Below are positions 8,754 through 19,391 of a DNA stretch of 57,747 bases, in pieces. Made by a program: the position numbers and the translations under genes. A model generated the notes under the pieces. That model did not search any database and had not been told where the DNA came from. It saw only the letters and a list, made by a program, of their open reading frames with translations. This stretch comes from Actinomycetota bacterium (GTDB lineage: Bacteria > Actinomycetota > Acidimicrobiia > Acidimicrobiales > Ilumatobacteraceae). Location of the stretch: the NCBI GenBank assembly GCA_037142305.1, contig JBAXAW010000001.1, positions 1-57,747 on the forward strand. The letters run 5' to 3'. Numbering within the stretch: the stretch's first letter is position 1; each line of letters begins with the position of its first letter.

Positions 8754-11318
8754 TTGAATAGATCAAACCATTTAATTTATGCGGTGATCACCGGTGGTGG
8801 CACGAGCGGGCATGTGATTCCGGCTTTGGCGATCGCAGAACTGCTTGTTGATTCCGGTTACTCACAAAATCAAATTCATATTGTTGGCACTTTAAATGGT
8901 GTCGAAACAAAACTTGTGCCTCCAACAAGAATTCCTCTTACTCTGCTCGATGTGCGCGGTTTTAACAGAAAACTCTCATTTAGCTCGTTGAAAACAAATC
9001 TGCAGGCTGTGCTGATGTTGCGACGTGCGATTGATAATGCCACTGCGCTTTTGCAGAGTCTGAAGCCAGCAGTTGTAATTTCTGTCGGCGGGTATGGCAG
9101 TGTTCCTGCGACTCGTGCGGCAGGTCGACTGAAGATACCAGTTGTCACAGTTTCTTACGATCGTTTACCGGGTCGCGCAACAAGGTTGCAGGCTCGTCGG
9201 GCTGCGGCAACGGCTGTGGCCTATTTGCCGACCAAGTTACCGAATGCAACTTTGACCGGCGCGCCAGTCCGTCGTTCTATTCGTAACCTAGATATTGCGG
9301 TAACGCGTGATGCTGCTCGTGTGCGACTCGGTCTGCCAAAGACTGGCAAAGTTATTGCCGTTACTGGCGGCTCGTTAGGGTCTGCATTTTTAAATAAACT
9401 GACTCGAGAGTTAATCGAACAAAATCATGATCGCAAAGATCTTTCGATAATTCATCTGACTGGTGAACGATACTTGAATGTTGATCAGCCGAATCATCAA
9501 AACGCAGACGCAATTTTTTATCTCAGATTGCCAACTACTGACTCCATGCAAGATATTTATGCAGCAAGTGACTTAGTCATATCTCGCGCTGGGGCAAGCA
9601 CGGTTGCCGAACTGGCAACGGTTGGTCGCGCAAGTGTTCTTATCCCGTGGAAGCAGGCTGCAGATAACCACCAATATTTTAATGCTCAATGGTTAGGCGA
9701 TTTAGGTGGAGCAATAGTTTTGGACGAAGATGCAATTTCGAACAAGCAGATTAGCGGTGCTGTGATTGCGTTGATTGATAATCAAGCGAAGCTAGTCGAG
9801 ATGAATCAGTGCGCGCGCAAAGCCGGCAAGTTGCATCGAGATTCTGGGCTTGTGAAACTAATTTCAGTCGTCGCTACCAGCACATATTCAGATTCTCGTT
9901 TGAAAGAATTTACGCTCGACAGACATCGCAAAATACATATTGTTGGCGTAGGCGGGCCAGGGATGTCGGCTATTGCAACTGTGCTTGCAGAGATGGGCCA
10001 TGTTGTCTCTGGTAGCGACATCTACGACCACGATGTGATTGAACGGCTAAGAAATGTCGGTGTAAAAATAAATATCGGGCACAACCCTGAGGTAGTTGCA
10101 AACTGTGACGCCGTTACTGGTTCTCCAGCGATACCGAAGAGCAATGTCGAATATCAAAAGGCAATAAGTTCGAACATTCGGGTTTTGTCTAGAGCCGAGA
10201 TTCTTTCTGCAATTTGTAAGCAGGCACGCAGTGTTGGTGTTGCAGGAACGCACGGTAAAACTACGACATCTTCAATGCTGACGGCGATTTTAATTGAAGC
10301 AAAACTGAATCCAAGTTATTTAATTGGCGGAGACGTCAATGACTTTGGTCGAGGCGCATCCTGGACAGGTAGCGATTTATTTGTCGTTGAGGCCGATGAA
10401 AGCGATTCAACGCATTTGCAATTGCCGCTTATGGGAGCGATTTTGACAAATGTTGATATTGATCATCTGGACAATTTTCAGACATTTGATGCGATCCGCG
10501 AAAGTTTCAAAGAGTTCATTAGCAAAGTCAATGGTCCACGAGTTTTATGCATCGACGATCCGTACTGTGTTGAAATCGCCGAACAACTCGGCTCGATTAC
10601 TTATAGCGCTGAGGTAAGTAATTCGAAGACCAAAATACTAAAAAATGCAGATTTTGTAGCCAGTGAAATTTCATTTAGTAATGGGGCAGCACAATTCACG
10701 GTTTCGCAAAATGTTGACGCTCAAACACTGCGTCTAGGCATTGTAAATATTCAGCTTCGCGGTATTCACAATGTTCGCAATGCGCTTGGGGCGCTAGTGA
10801 TGGCGATTAATCTGGGTGCTAGTTTTTCACAAGCCGCATCGGCTCTAGCAAAGTTCGGCGGAGTCGCGCGTCGGTTTGATAATCATGGCACACACAGTGG
10901 TATTACGTACGTTGACGACTACGCCCATTTGCCTAATGAGATTTCGGCAGTGCTGGCCGGTGCGCGCGATAAATCTGATTCGTGGTCGCGAGTGGTAGCC
11001 GTGTTTCAACCAAATCGTTTCAATCGAATGTCGGTGATTTCGCATCTCTACGCCGATTCATTTAGTAATGCTGATCTGGTAGTTGTCACAGATATCTATG
11101 CTTCGGGCACGGCCGCAATCGCTGGGGTCACTGGTGAGTTGGTTGTCAACGCAATCCGAACTGCACATCCAAAACTAAAAGTGATATACCAACCAAAACG
11201 CAGTGATCTCATAGAATTTCTAGATAGTGAGCTCAAGCCAGGAGATCTCTGCATTTCAATGGGGTGTGGCGATATTGCCATGCTTCCATCAGAACTAATT
11301 TCACGAAAGTTGAACTAG
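8754..11318 (+). CDS. murG-murC: Fused MurG (lipid II GlcNAc transferase) - MurC (UDP-MurNAc--L-alanine ligase)
   Basis: Single 854-aa ORF. Residues 1-~370 look like MurG (GGGTSGHVIPALA; SRAGASTVAEL). Residues ~392-854 look like MurC (IHIVGVGGPGMS; GVAGTHGKTTT). A ~20-aa linker spans about nt 9864-9926 with no stop or frame change. TTG start at 8754; GTG at 8784 is an alternative. Confidence 0.85.
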   Translation: MNRSNHLIYAVITGGGTSGHVIPALAIAELLVDSGYSQNQIHIVGTLNGVETKLVPPTRIPLTLLDVRGFNRKLSFSSLKTNLQAVLMLRRAIDNATALLQSLKPAVVISVGGYGSVPATRAAGRLKIPVVTVSYDRLPGRATRLQARRAAATAVAYLPTKLPNATLTGAPVRRSIRNLDIAVTRDAARVRLGLPKTGKVIAVTGGSLGSAFLNKLTRELIEQNHDRKDLSIIHLTGERYLNVDQPNHQNADAIFYLRLPTTDSMQDIYAASDLVISRAGASTVAELATVGRASVLIPWKQAADNHQYFNAQWLGDLGGAIVLDEDAISNKQISGAVIALIDNQAKLVEMNQCARKAGKLHRDSGLVKLISVVATSTYSDSRLKEFTLDRHRKIHIVGVGGPGMSAIATVLAEMGHVVSGSDIYDHDVIERLRNVGVKINIGHNPEVVANCDAVTGSPAIPKSNVEYQKAISSNIRVLSRAEILSAICKQARSVGVAGTHGKTTTSSMLTAILIEAKLNPSYLIGGDVNDFGRGASWTGSDLFVVEADESDSTHLQLPLMGAILTNVDIDHLDNFQTFDAIRESFKEFISKVNGPRVLCIDDPYCVEIAEQLGSITYSAEVSNSKTKILKNADFVASEISFSNGAAQFTVSQNVDAQTLRLGIVNIQLRGIHNVRNALGALVMAINLGASFSQAASALAKFGGVARRFDNHGTHSGITYVDDYAHLPNEISAVLAGARDKSDSWSRVVAVFQPNRFNRMSVISHLYADSFSNADLVVVTDIYASGTAAIAGVTGELVVNAIRTAHPKLKVIYQPKRSDLIEFLDSELKPGDLCISMGCGDIAMLPSELISRKLN

Positions 11319-11321
11319 CCA

Positions 11322-13484
11322 GTGATCACAGACATCACTCATGTCAGCGATAAAGACTTATCGCGAATCGCATCGCTCTTAGGAGATCGCGTAACCCAAA
11401 ACGAACCACTTGCGCAGTACACGACCTACAGAGTTGGTGGCCAAGCGGCGTTATTCATGCGAGCGTTGACAGTTGAAGATTTACATTCGCTGTCGCGAGC
11501 TTTATCTAAAGTCAAAGTTCCAGTCGTTGTGATTGGCCGGGGTAGCAACATGTTGGTCAGTGACCGTGGCTTTCGTGGCATCGCAGTCACGCTGGGACCA
11601 TTCGCTGAATTAATAAATCTTCCGACCGTCGGTCAATCTCCAATTGTGATCGCTGGGGCTATGGCGCCTCTTCCCGTCTTGGCGCGTCAAAGTGTCCATC
11701 ATGGTTTGGCCGGGCTTGAGTGGGCAGTCGGAGTACCAGGTGCAATCGGTGGGGCAGTGCGAATGAATGCGGGCGGTCACGGCGCCGACATGATTGCGTC
11801 GTTGCTTAGCGTGCGATTGTTTCACCTTGAGCGCGGAATCGAAGCAAATGTTTCCGCTGCTGATTTGGGTTTGAGATTTCGTGGATCAGATTTAACTGAT
11901 GATCATGTCGTATTGTCTGCAACTCTGCGGCTGAGTTGGGGCGACACGATCACGGGTCAAGCGAGGTTGTCGGAGATCGTGAAGTGGCGCCGCGAAAATC
12001 AACCTGGTGGGCAAAATGCAGGTTCGGTTTTTGTTAATCCAGTAGCAGGAGTTACGTCTGCAGGCGAATTGATTGACGAACTCGGATTACGGGGATACAG
12101 AGTTGGCTCGGCGTGTGTCTCAGACAAGCACGCGAACTTTATCCAATCTGACGAAGGTGGGAGCGCCGACGATGTCGTTGAGTTAATGACGTTTGTTCGC
12201 CAGCGCATCAGCGAAGCACACGGTATTGAACTTCGTAGCGAGATTCGTTTAGTTGGTTTTCCGACTGCAGTCAGTTCTCAAGCAGGTGCGCAAAACCTCA
12301 AGCCATCAAATTCAAACTCTCAGCTAGATGCAGCCTTCGGTGTTTCTAATAGTCCTGACTCGTCGCTACCTGTTCCGGTTATTTCTGAAAAACTTTCAGA
12401 CGATGTGCTTGCAGAGTTGAAAGATGCATTTGAAGGCAATGCAACCCCGATCAGCATTTTTAGAGATCCAAAACCAGACGTGCATGTCGTCGAATACGAA
12501 CTTGATGACCAATTTGAGCCGATTGTCAAAGATTCGACAAGTTTCCTTGACTCAGATATTCAGACGGTTGTCGAAATACCGAAAATAGAAACAGTCGCAT
12601 TGGTATCTGATGAGCCAAACCGAGTTGTGATCATTGACGAAGATCTACGGTTGCCGACTGATAATACGTTTCCAATTGATGCTCAAACCCAGACAGTAAA
12701 TATTGCTCCGACTTCAGCGACCTTTGTGATTATTGATGACATGGAGGCAGGTGTTGAGCGCGAAGCGACTTTGAAGAAATCGTTGCGAAAACGAACCAAG
12801 TATTTGATTGCTGGTTCTGCCTTTTTCGTTGTCATCGCGTTAGTACTCATCGTTTTAGCATCACCAATTATTGCTGTGCGTGAGGTTGAGATTGAAGGTT
12901 CTAAATATATGAACAAAGATCTGTTGGTATCTGTTGAGCAGTCCCTTCTAGGTAAACCTCTACTCACAGTTGATACTCGAGAAGCATCGCGCCGACTTGA
13001 AGATGACCCTTGGGTTGAGACTGTGCGCATTAAGCAATTTTTCCCCTCTCGTTTGTTAATTGAAATCGCAGAACGCGTTCCGGTTGCTTGGTTTATCGGT
13101 GTAGATAATCGTGCTCGGATTGTTGACGCACAAGGCCGAGTATTGGCCGTTGAAGACGGACAACCAACTGAATATCTACAAATTACTGGAGTTGGCCCAA
13201 ATCTTTCGCCTGGCAATAGCGCCGGTGCCCTTTACAAAGCTGCGGCACAGTTGGCAACTGGATTACCCGACGAGTTGGCAGTGCTTGTGTTGAATGTCGG
13301 TACTGGTGGCCCTAACCAGTTGGTTATGACGCTTAGATCTGGCACCCTCGTTAATTTTGGTGAGCCGGTAAATGTGCTAAATAAACTCATTTCGTTGGTG
13401 GTGTTGCTTCGACGGCAGGAGGCAAAGCAGATAATCTCAATCGACCTAAGTAACCCCGATATCCCTACTGTTCAGTCAAAGTAG
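11322..13484 (+). CDS. murB-ftsQ: Fused MurB (UDP-N-acetylenolpyruvoylglucosamine reductase) - FtsQ (POTRA division protein)
   Basis: Single 720-aa ORF. Residues 1-~314 look like MurB (YTTYRVGG, GRGSNMLV, GSVFVNP). Residues ~315-490 form an acidic low-complexity linker. A TM segment follows (YLIAGSAFFVVIALVLIVLASPIIAV), then an FtsQ/POTRA-like domain (VREVEIEGSKYMNKDLL...). An in-frame internal ATG exists at 12741. Confidence 0.8.
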   Translation: MITDITHVSDKDLSRIASLLGDRVTQNEPLAQYTTYRVGGQAALFMRALTVEDLHSLSRALSKVKVPVVVIGRGSNMLVSDRGFRGIAVTLGPFAELINLPTVGQSPIVIAGAMAPLPVLARQSVHHGLAGLEWAVGVPGAIGGAVRMNAGGHGADMIASLLSVRLFHLERGIEANVSAADLGLRFRGSDLTDDHVVLSATLRLSWGDTITGQARLSEIVKWRRENQPGGQNAGSVFVNPVAGVTSAGELIDELGLRGYRVGSACVSDKHANFIQSDEGGSADDVVELMTFVRQRISEAHGIELRSEIRLVGFPTAVSSQAGAQNLKPSNSNSQLDAAFGVSNSPDSSLPVPVISEKLSDDVLAELKDAFEGNATPISIFRDPKPDVHVVEYELDDQFEPIVKDSTSFLDSDIQTVVEIPKIETVALVSDEPNRVVIIDEDLRLPTDNTFPIDAQTQTVNIAPTSATFVIIDDMEAGVEREATLKKSLRKRTKYLIAGSAFFVVIALVLIVLASPIIAVREVEIEGSKYMNKDLLVSVEQSLLGKPLLTVDTREASRRLEDDPWVETVRIKQFFPSRLLIEIAERVPVAWFIGVDNRARIVDAQGRVLAVEDGQPTEYLQITGVGPNLSPGNSAGALYKAAAQLATGLPDELAVLVLNVGTGGPNQLVMTLRSGTLVNFGEPVNVLNKLISLVVLLRRQEAKQIISIDLSNPDIPTVQSK

Positions 13485-13563
13485 TGCATTGGCGAGATGC
13501 CTGTTGCTGGTTAAAAAATATGGCAGAATAGGAAGAATGTTTATTTTCGTGGGTTTATCTTAA

Positions 13564-14676
13564 ATGGCAGGTCAGCCTCAGAATTATCTCGCAATCATCA
13601 AAGTTATTGGTGTTGGCGGTGGCGGAGTTAACGCGGTAAATAACATGATCGCTTCCGGAATGCGCGGAGTTCAATTCGTTGCGATAAACACAGATGCTCA
13701 GCAGTTGCTTATGAGTGACGCAGATACGAAAATCGATATTGGTCGCGAGTTAACAAGGGGTCTTGGCGCTGGCGCAGACCCAGAAGTTGGCCGTCAAGCA
13801 GCAGAACAACATCGTGCCGAGATTCAAGAAATTATTGCTGGTGCTGACATGGTATTTATCACCGCTGGTGAAGGTGGTGGAACAGGAACTGGTGCGGCAC
13901 CGATTGTCGCAGAGATCGCCAAATCTGAGGGTGCACTCACCGTGGCGATTGTTACTCGTCCGTTTGCTTTTGAAGGTCGTCGTCGAGCAATACAAGCGGA
14001 TGCAGGTATTGCTGCGCTTAAAGAAAAAGTCGACACTCTCGTTGTTATTCCAAATGAAAGATTGTTGACGATCTCGACCGAGAAGACAACTTTGCTTGAG
14101 GCATTTAAGAGAGCCGACGATGTTTTGTATCAGGGCGTTTCTGGTATTACTGGTTTAATCACGACACCAGGTTTGATAAATACTGACTTCGCCGATGTCA
14201 AGGCTGTGTTGGCAAATGCAGGTACCGCACTGATGGGTACCGGTTCTGCAACAGGTGAGAACCGTGCGACAGTTGCGGCTAATGCGGCAATCAATTCGCC
14301 AATGCTTGAGGCATCGCTCGAAGGTGCTCGCGGCGTGATTGTAAACATCACTGGACCGTCAAATGTTGGGTTGTTTGAAGTAACGAACGCAATGGAGATT
14401 CTGCGAAGTGTCGCACATCAAGATGCAAACATTATTCACGGTTTGGTTATTGACGATGATATTAATGATGAAGTTCGAGTCACGGTTGTCGCCGCTGGCT
14501 TTGATCGATGGGATGGATCGTCACAGCGTTCAACCACTCGAAGTGACGGTCGCAATACGGCGACGTCGGGAACGACTCGTCCAGACGCGAAGCCTGCGCG
14601 ATTGAAAGAATTATTCGGCGGTTCTGATCCGCTGATCAGTGATGACGACGACGACCTTCCATCTTTTCTAAAGTAA
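13564..14676 (+). CDS. ftsZ: Cell division GTPase FtsZ
   Basis: 370 aa with [11 protein letters not shown] and the tubulin signature [10 protein letters not shown]. The conserved C-terminal peptide DDDLPSFLK is present. Confidence 0.97.
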   Translation: MAGQPQNYLAIIKVIGVGGGGVNAVNNMIASGMRGVQFVAINTDAQQLLMSDADTKIDIGRELTRGLGAGADPEVGRQAAEQHRAEIQEIIAGADMVFITAGEGGGTGTGAAPIVAEIAKSEGALTVAIVTRPFAFEGRRRAIQADAGIAALKEKVDTLVVIPNERLLTISTEKTTLLEAFKRADDVLYQGVSGITGLITTPGLINTDFADVKAVLANAGTALMGTGSATGENRATVAANAAINSPMLEASLEGARGVIVNITGPSNVGLFEVTNAMEILRSVAHQDANIIHGLVIDDDINDEVRVTVVAAGFDRWDGSSQRSTTRSDGRNTATSGTTRPDAKPARLKELFGGSDPLISDDDDDLPSFLK

Positions 14677-14683
14677 TTGTCGA

Positions 14684-15382
14684 ATGTCGGTGACGACATA
14701 TAGTTCGCCGAACTTAGAAGCACTCATCGAGCGTGTTTCGGCAATTCGTACTCGCATTTTAAATGCAGGTGGCAAAAACGTTAAGTTGATTGCAGTCACC
14801 AAGACTTTTGATGCGACTGCTATGACTAGCGCTTTTACAACTGGGTGTGAAGCAGTGGGCGAGAACTACGCGCAAGAGTTAATCGCAAAATTCGAGCAAG
14901 TTCCAAAAGCTCAACGATTGCCAGTGCACTTTATTGGGCGATTACAAAGTAATAAAATCAGATCGCTTGTTAATTGTGTCGATGTTTGGCAAAGCGTTGA
15001 CCGCCTAAGTTTGGTAGATGAAATCGCCAAGCGTTGCCTGACGGTAGACCCAACGGTAAACCCAGTAAAACCGGTGCAGATTATGTTGCAAGTCAACTCA
15101 ACAAATGAGCCTGATAAAGGTGGCTGTGAGCCGAGTGAAGTTGATGCTTTGTACACAAAGGCTGTGGGCCTTGGTTTAGATGTCATTGGGTTAATGACAG
15201 TTGGGCCAACCCAAAGCGATGCGTCAGCGACTCGAAATGCATTTCGTCTCGTAGGCAAAATAGCCAAAGAATTGGGTCTCAAAGAATTAAGTATGGGGAT
15301 GACTGCAGACCTTGAAATAGCAGTAGAAGAAGGTTCAACTGCTGTTCGCATAGGGTCAGGATTGTTTGGCGCGAGGGTCTAA
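14684..15382 (+). CDS. yggS: YggS-family pyridoxal-phosphate homeostasis protein
   Basis: 232 aa. IAVTKT carries the PLP-binding Lys, and HFIGRLQSNK and LSMGMTADLE motifs are present. It sits in the canonical slot after ftsZ in Actinobacteria. Confidence 0.85.
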   Translation: MSVTTYSSPNLEALIERVSAIRTRILNAGGKNVKLIAVTKTFDATAMTSAFTTGCEAVGENYAQELIAKFEQVPKAQRLPVHFIGRLQSNKIRSLVNCVDVWQSVDRLSLVDEIAKRCLTVDPTVNPVKPVQIMLQVNSTNEPDKGGCEPSEVDALYTKAVGLGLDVIGLMTVGPTQSDASATRNAFRLVGKIAKELGLKELSMGMTADLEIAVEEGSTAVRIGSGLFGARV

Positions 15383-15434
15383 AAGCGCAGGTTAAGTCAC
15401 GTTTTAAGAGCATTCTGGCAAGTAAACTGTTCCG

Positions 15435-15974
15435 ATGTCAATGTTTCGACGTGCGATGGATTATCTGGGTCTGGGTGACGATGGCTCGTATGACGACTAC
15501 CAAGACGAGCCACAAGGCGAGCAAGATTTTGGCAGAGATATTCGCGATGACCGCCGTTCTGCCCCGGCTTATAGTCAAGGTCAAGGCAATCGATCCCGTT
15601 TTGATGACTCTGATGGCGCCGACGATCTGCAGACAGAGGCGTCAATTCGCAGGCAACAAGAACAGCATGACTCTGGTCTAACGATCAGGCCTCCAGCCGG
15701 TCGCCGTGCTGACGCAAGTGTTCGAGCGGTTTCTCCCTCAACGACGCCGATTACGGTCTGTCCGCAAAGTTACGAAGAGGTCAAAGGAATTGTCGATCAT
15801 TTCAGAAAAGGCACTCCGGTGATTATTGATCTGCAAGACACCGATACGAGGGTTATGCGTCGAATTCTTGATTTTGCTAGCGGTGTTTGTTACGCACAAG
15901 GTGGAGGGATGGAGAAAGTCAGCTCGGGCGTGTTTATGATGAAACCATCTGGCGCTCGAGTTACTCGCGGCTAG
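15435..15974 (+). CDS. sepF: Cell division protein SepF
   Basis: 179 aa. The N-terminal membrane-binding helix is MSMFRRAMDYLGL, followed by a disordered linker and a C-terminal core (VIIDLQDTD...RILDFASG). It lies between yggS and yggT. Confidence 0.85.
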   Translation: MSMFRRAMDYLGLGDDGSYDDYQDEPQGEQDFGRDIRDDRRSAPAYSQGQGNRSRFDDSDGADDLQTEASIRRQQEQHDSGLTIRPPAGRRADASVRAVSPSTTPITVCPQSYEEVKGIVDHFRKGTPVIIDLQDTDTRVMRRILDFASGVCYAQGGGMEKVSSGVFMMKPSGARVTRG

Positions 15975-15996
15975 AACCAAGTCGAAAGTTTAAATT

Positions 15997-16248
15997 ATGC
16001 GATCACTTTTATGTAATGCAGTTTCACTTTTTACGATGATGATCATCGTACGAGTTGTTCTTTCTTGGTTTCCGTCAACAAGTGGTGGGTTCATCGCTCA
16101 AGTTTCATATTTTGTGGGTCGTATTACAGAACCAGTTTTGAGCGCAGTGCGGCAAAAGCTACCCCGCACTGGTGCAATTGATTTTTCTTCATTGGTTGTG
16201 TTGTTATTCCTGCAGATCGTTGTGCAGGGCATGATTTTGAGATGTTAA
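15997..16248 (+). CDS. yggT: YggT-family membrane protein
   Basis: 83 aa with two TM segments and the [10 protein letters not shown] motif. It sits in the conserved slot after sepF. Confidence 0.75.
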   Translation: MRSLLCNAVSLFTMMIIVRVVLSWFPSTSGGFIAQVSYFVGRITEPVLSAVRQKLPRTGAIDFSSLVVLLFLQIVVQGMILRC

Positions 16249-16255
16249 GTCGCGC

Positions 16256-19200
16256 GTGTCGTACCCGCAAGTAGAACCACAACCGAATTTTCCATTACAA
16301 GAGTCACGAACTTTAGAATTTTGGAAACAAGACAGAACGTTTGAATCGTCTGTTGAATTGAACCAAGCCGGTGCCGATGGCGAAAACGAATATGTTTTTT
16401 ATGACGGTCCACCTTTCGCAAATGGATTGCCGCACTACGGACATTTACTAACAGGTTTTGTCAAAGATGCGGTACCCAGGTATCGCACGATGCGAGGTCA
16501 ACGTGTTGAGCGTCGCTTTGGTTGGGATTGTCATGGGCTTCCGGCAGAAGCAGAAGCCGAGCGCCAACTTAAAATCTCTGGGCGACAGGCGATCACAGAT
16601 TTCGGCATTGGCAAGTTCAATGAATATTGTCGAAGTTCGGTATTGCAGTACACCAGCGATTGGGAGCGATATGTAACTCGCCAAGCACGCTGGGTTGATT
16701 TTGAAGATGACTACAAGACTCTCGATACTCCATACATGGAGAGCGTGATGTGGGCGTTTAAAACACTTTGGGACAAAGGCCTAATTTATGAAGGCTTTCG
16801 AGTTTTGCCATACTCATGGGCACTCGAAACGCCACTTTCAAACACCGAAACTCGAATGGATGACGCATATCGGCAAGTGCAAGACCCTGCGCTAACAGTC
16901 GCTTTTGAATTAGAAACAGGCGAGTTTATTCTCGCTTGGACAACAACGCCTTGGACACTGCCGTCAAACTTGGCGTTGGCTGTTGCGGTTGATGTTGACT
17001 ACGCAGTCATTGATCACGACGGCAAAAAACTAATTTTGGCAGTTGAACGCCTTGCGTCTTACGAACGAGAGTTTCCAGAACCGAAGATTATTTCGACACT
17101 CAAAGGTTCCGAATTAGTTGGGCGAAAATATAAGCCACTATTTAATTATTTCGCCGAGCATCCGAACTCATTTCGAGTTATTGCTGGTGATTTTGTAACC
17201 ACAGATAACGGCACTGGGGTAGTGCATTTGGCGCCAGGTTTCGGCGAAGACGACCAACGCGTTTGTCAAGATGAAAACATAGAACTCGTTGTCCCAGTTG
17301 ATTCGCGCGGATGTTTCACAAGCGAAGTAAAAGATTTCGAAGGCCAGCTGGTTTTTGATGCCAACCCAGCAATTATTCGAGTTCTAAAGGATCGCGGCGT
17401 GGTGATTCGTCATGAGACTTACGATCACGCGTACCCCCATTGTTGGCGCACAGGTAAACCATTAATTTATAAAGCAGTTGGTTCGTGGTTCGTAAAAGTA
17501 ACTGCAATAAAAGATCGAATGGTCGAGTTAAATCAGCAAGTCACTTGGGTGCCAGACCACTTGAAGAACGGCAGTTTTGGAAAATGGCTAGAAAACGCCC
17601 GTGATTGGACGATTAGTCGAAACCGTTTTTGGGGTTCGCCGATTCCGGTTTGGCGAAGTGACAACCCTGAATATCCGCGCATCGATGTTTATGGAAGTCT
17701 CGAAGAACTTCGACGCGATTTCGGTGTCGATATTCAAGAGCTTCATCGACCAACGATCGATGAACTTGTGCGCCCTAACCCAGACGACCCAACTGGAAAA
17801 TCAATGATGCGGCGAGTACCCGAAGTTTTAGATTGTTGGTTCGAGAGCGGATCAATGCCGTTTGCTCAAGTGCATTATCCATTTGAAAATCAAGAGTGGT
17901 TCGAGAATCATTATCCGGGTGATTTCATTGTTGAGTACATCGGCCAAACTCGCGGGTGGTTTTACACCTTGCATGTTTTGGCAACAGCACTATTTGATCG
18001 ACCTGCATTTCTTAACTGCGTGAGTCACGGCATTGTGCTCGGCGAAGATGGCGCCAAGATGTCAAAGAGTCTGCGTAATTATCCAGACCCAATGAAAGTT
18101 TTTGATAGTCATGGGGCTGACGCGATGCGTTGGTATTTGTTATCTTCTTCAATTTTGCGTGGCTCTGACTTTGCGGTCACCGAAGACGGAATGCGTGACA
18201 CAGTGCGTCAAGTGATGTTGCCACTTTGGAATAGTTGGTACTTTCTTACGCTGTATTCAAATGCCGAGTCATTGACCGGAAAATTTGATACATCAAGTGA
18301 AAATGTTTTAGATCGCTACATCTTCGCCAAATTACGAGATTTGGTTTCTGATACGACGAAAAGTTTCGATAAATACGATCTGTTTGCTGCGTGCGCTGAA
18401 ATCAGAACGTTTTTGGATGTTCTGACTAATTGGTACATCCGACGAAGCAGAGATCGATTCTGGTCTGGTGACATCACGGCGATCAATACGTTGCACTCGG
18501 TACTTCATGTCTTGACACGAGTTGCAGCGCCAGTATTGCCGTTAATCACTGAAGAAATATTCCGTGGTTTAACGGGCGAGCGAAGCGTTCATCTTCAACC
18601 ATGGCCAACAACTGACTCGTTGATTCAAGATGATGCGCTTGTGGCGTCAATGGATCGTGTTCGTGACGTTTGCTCGACCACTCTGTCGTTGAGAAAAGTT
18701 CATGGTCGTCGAGCCAGACTGCCACTTGCGAGTTTGACGGTTGCTACCGCCAATTCGGCTGCGCTTAAAGAATTCGTTGATGTAATCGCCTATGAGGTCA
18801 ATGTTCGCAAAGTTGAATTCACGGATGATGTATCGTCTGTTGCCGCGTTTGAATTGCAAGTTGTGCCCAGTGTTGTTGGCCCAAGACTTGGCGCCAATAC
18901 GCAAAAAGTAATCGTTGCTGTTAAAAAAGGTGATTGGAAGCGCAACGGAAATATAATCACGGCGGGATCAATTGATCTGTTTGAAGGTGAATACAATTTG
19001 AAACTTGTGCCTAAAAGTTCTGGTGCGAGTGCAAAACTTAATAATTCTGAAGGCGTAATTGTTCTGGATATTGACTTAACTCCAGATCTTGAGTCCGAAG
19101 GGGTATCGCGCGATTTGATCAGACTGATTCAGCAACAGCGACGCGAGTCAGGTTTAGATGTTTCAGATCGAATTAAGTTACAACTCGGACTGTCTGAAGA

Positions 19201-19336
19201 GATCAGGTCTCAAATTTCTAGTCACATTGAGACAATCAAGACCGAAACTCTTGCCACTGAAGTTGTATTTGTTGAATCGCAACCACCAAATTTTGATTTG
19301 GATGGTGTACCGATATTCGTTGAGTTGGTGCACTAG
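16256..19336 (+). CDS. ileS: Isoleucine--tRNA ligase (long type-2-like form)
   Basis: 1026 aa with class I motifs HYGH (LPHYGHLL) and KMSKS. The length and C-terminal domain fit the actinobacterial/eukaryote-like IleRS form. Confidence 0.95.
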   Translation: MSYPQVEPQPNFPLQESRTLEFWKQDRTFESSVELNQAGADGENEYVFYDGPPFANGLPHYGHLLTGFVKDAVPRYRTMRGQRVERRFGWDCHGLPAEAEAERQLKISGRQAITDFGIGKFNEYCRSSVLQYTSDWERYVTRQARWVDFEDDYKTLDTPYMESVMWAFKTLWDKGLIYEGFRVLPYSWALETPLSNTETRMDDAYRQVQDPALTVAFELETGEFILAWTTTPWTLPSNLALAVAVDVDYAVIDHDGKKLILAVERLASYEREFPEPKIISTLKGSELVGRKYKPLFNYFAEHPNSFRVIAGDFVTTDNGTGVVHLAPGFGEDDQRVCQDENIELVVPVDSRGCFTSEVKDFEGQLVFDANPAIIRVLKDRGVVIRHETYDHAYPHCWRTGKPLIYKAVGSWFVKVTAIKDRMVELNQQVTWVPDHLKNGSFGKWLENARDWTISRNRFWGSPIPVWRSDNPEYPRIDVYGSLEELRRDFGVDIQELHRPTIDELVRPNPDDPTGKSMMRRVPEVLDCWFESGSMPFAQVHYPFENQEWFENHYPGDFIVEYIGQTRGWFYTLHVLATALFDRPAFLNCVSHGIVLGEDGAKMSKSLRNYPDPMKVFDSHGADAMRWYLLSSSILRGSDFAVTEDGMRDTVRQVMLPLWNSWYFLTLYSNAESLTGKFDTSSENVLDRYIFAKLRDLVSDTTKSFDKYDLFAACAEIRTFLDVLTNWYIRRSRDRFWSGDITAINTLHSVLHVLTRVAAPVLPLITEEIFRGLTGERSVHLQPWPTTDSLIQDDALVASMDRVRDVCSTTLSLRKVHGRRARLPLASLTVATANSAALKEFVDVIAYEVNVRKVEFTDDVSSVAAFELQVVPSVVGPRLGANTQKVIVAVKKGDWKRNGNIITAGSIDLFEGEYNLKLVPKSSGASAKLNNSEGVIVLDIDLTPDLESEGVSRDLIRLIQQQRRESGLDVSDRIKLQLGLSEEIRSQISSHIETIKTETLATEVVFVESQPPNFDLDGVPIFVELVH

Positions 19337-19391
19337 CATTTTGGCTGTAAGGCCCTACTAAAAAACCAGACCGAGCGTGAGGTAGTCAAAA

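Noticed and set aside
13485-13563. ftsZ upstream spacer examined for a promoter or small RNA.
   Set aside because: It is AT-rich, but I could not place a convincing -35/-10 pair with proper spacing or any stable structure, so I left it unannotated.
16249-16255. Expected T-box or other leader upstream of ileS, and likewise upstream of thrS at 36413-36440.
   Set aside because: Only 7 nt (ileS) and 28 nt (thrS) of spacer exist, which is too short for any known leader RNA.
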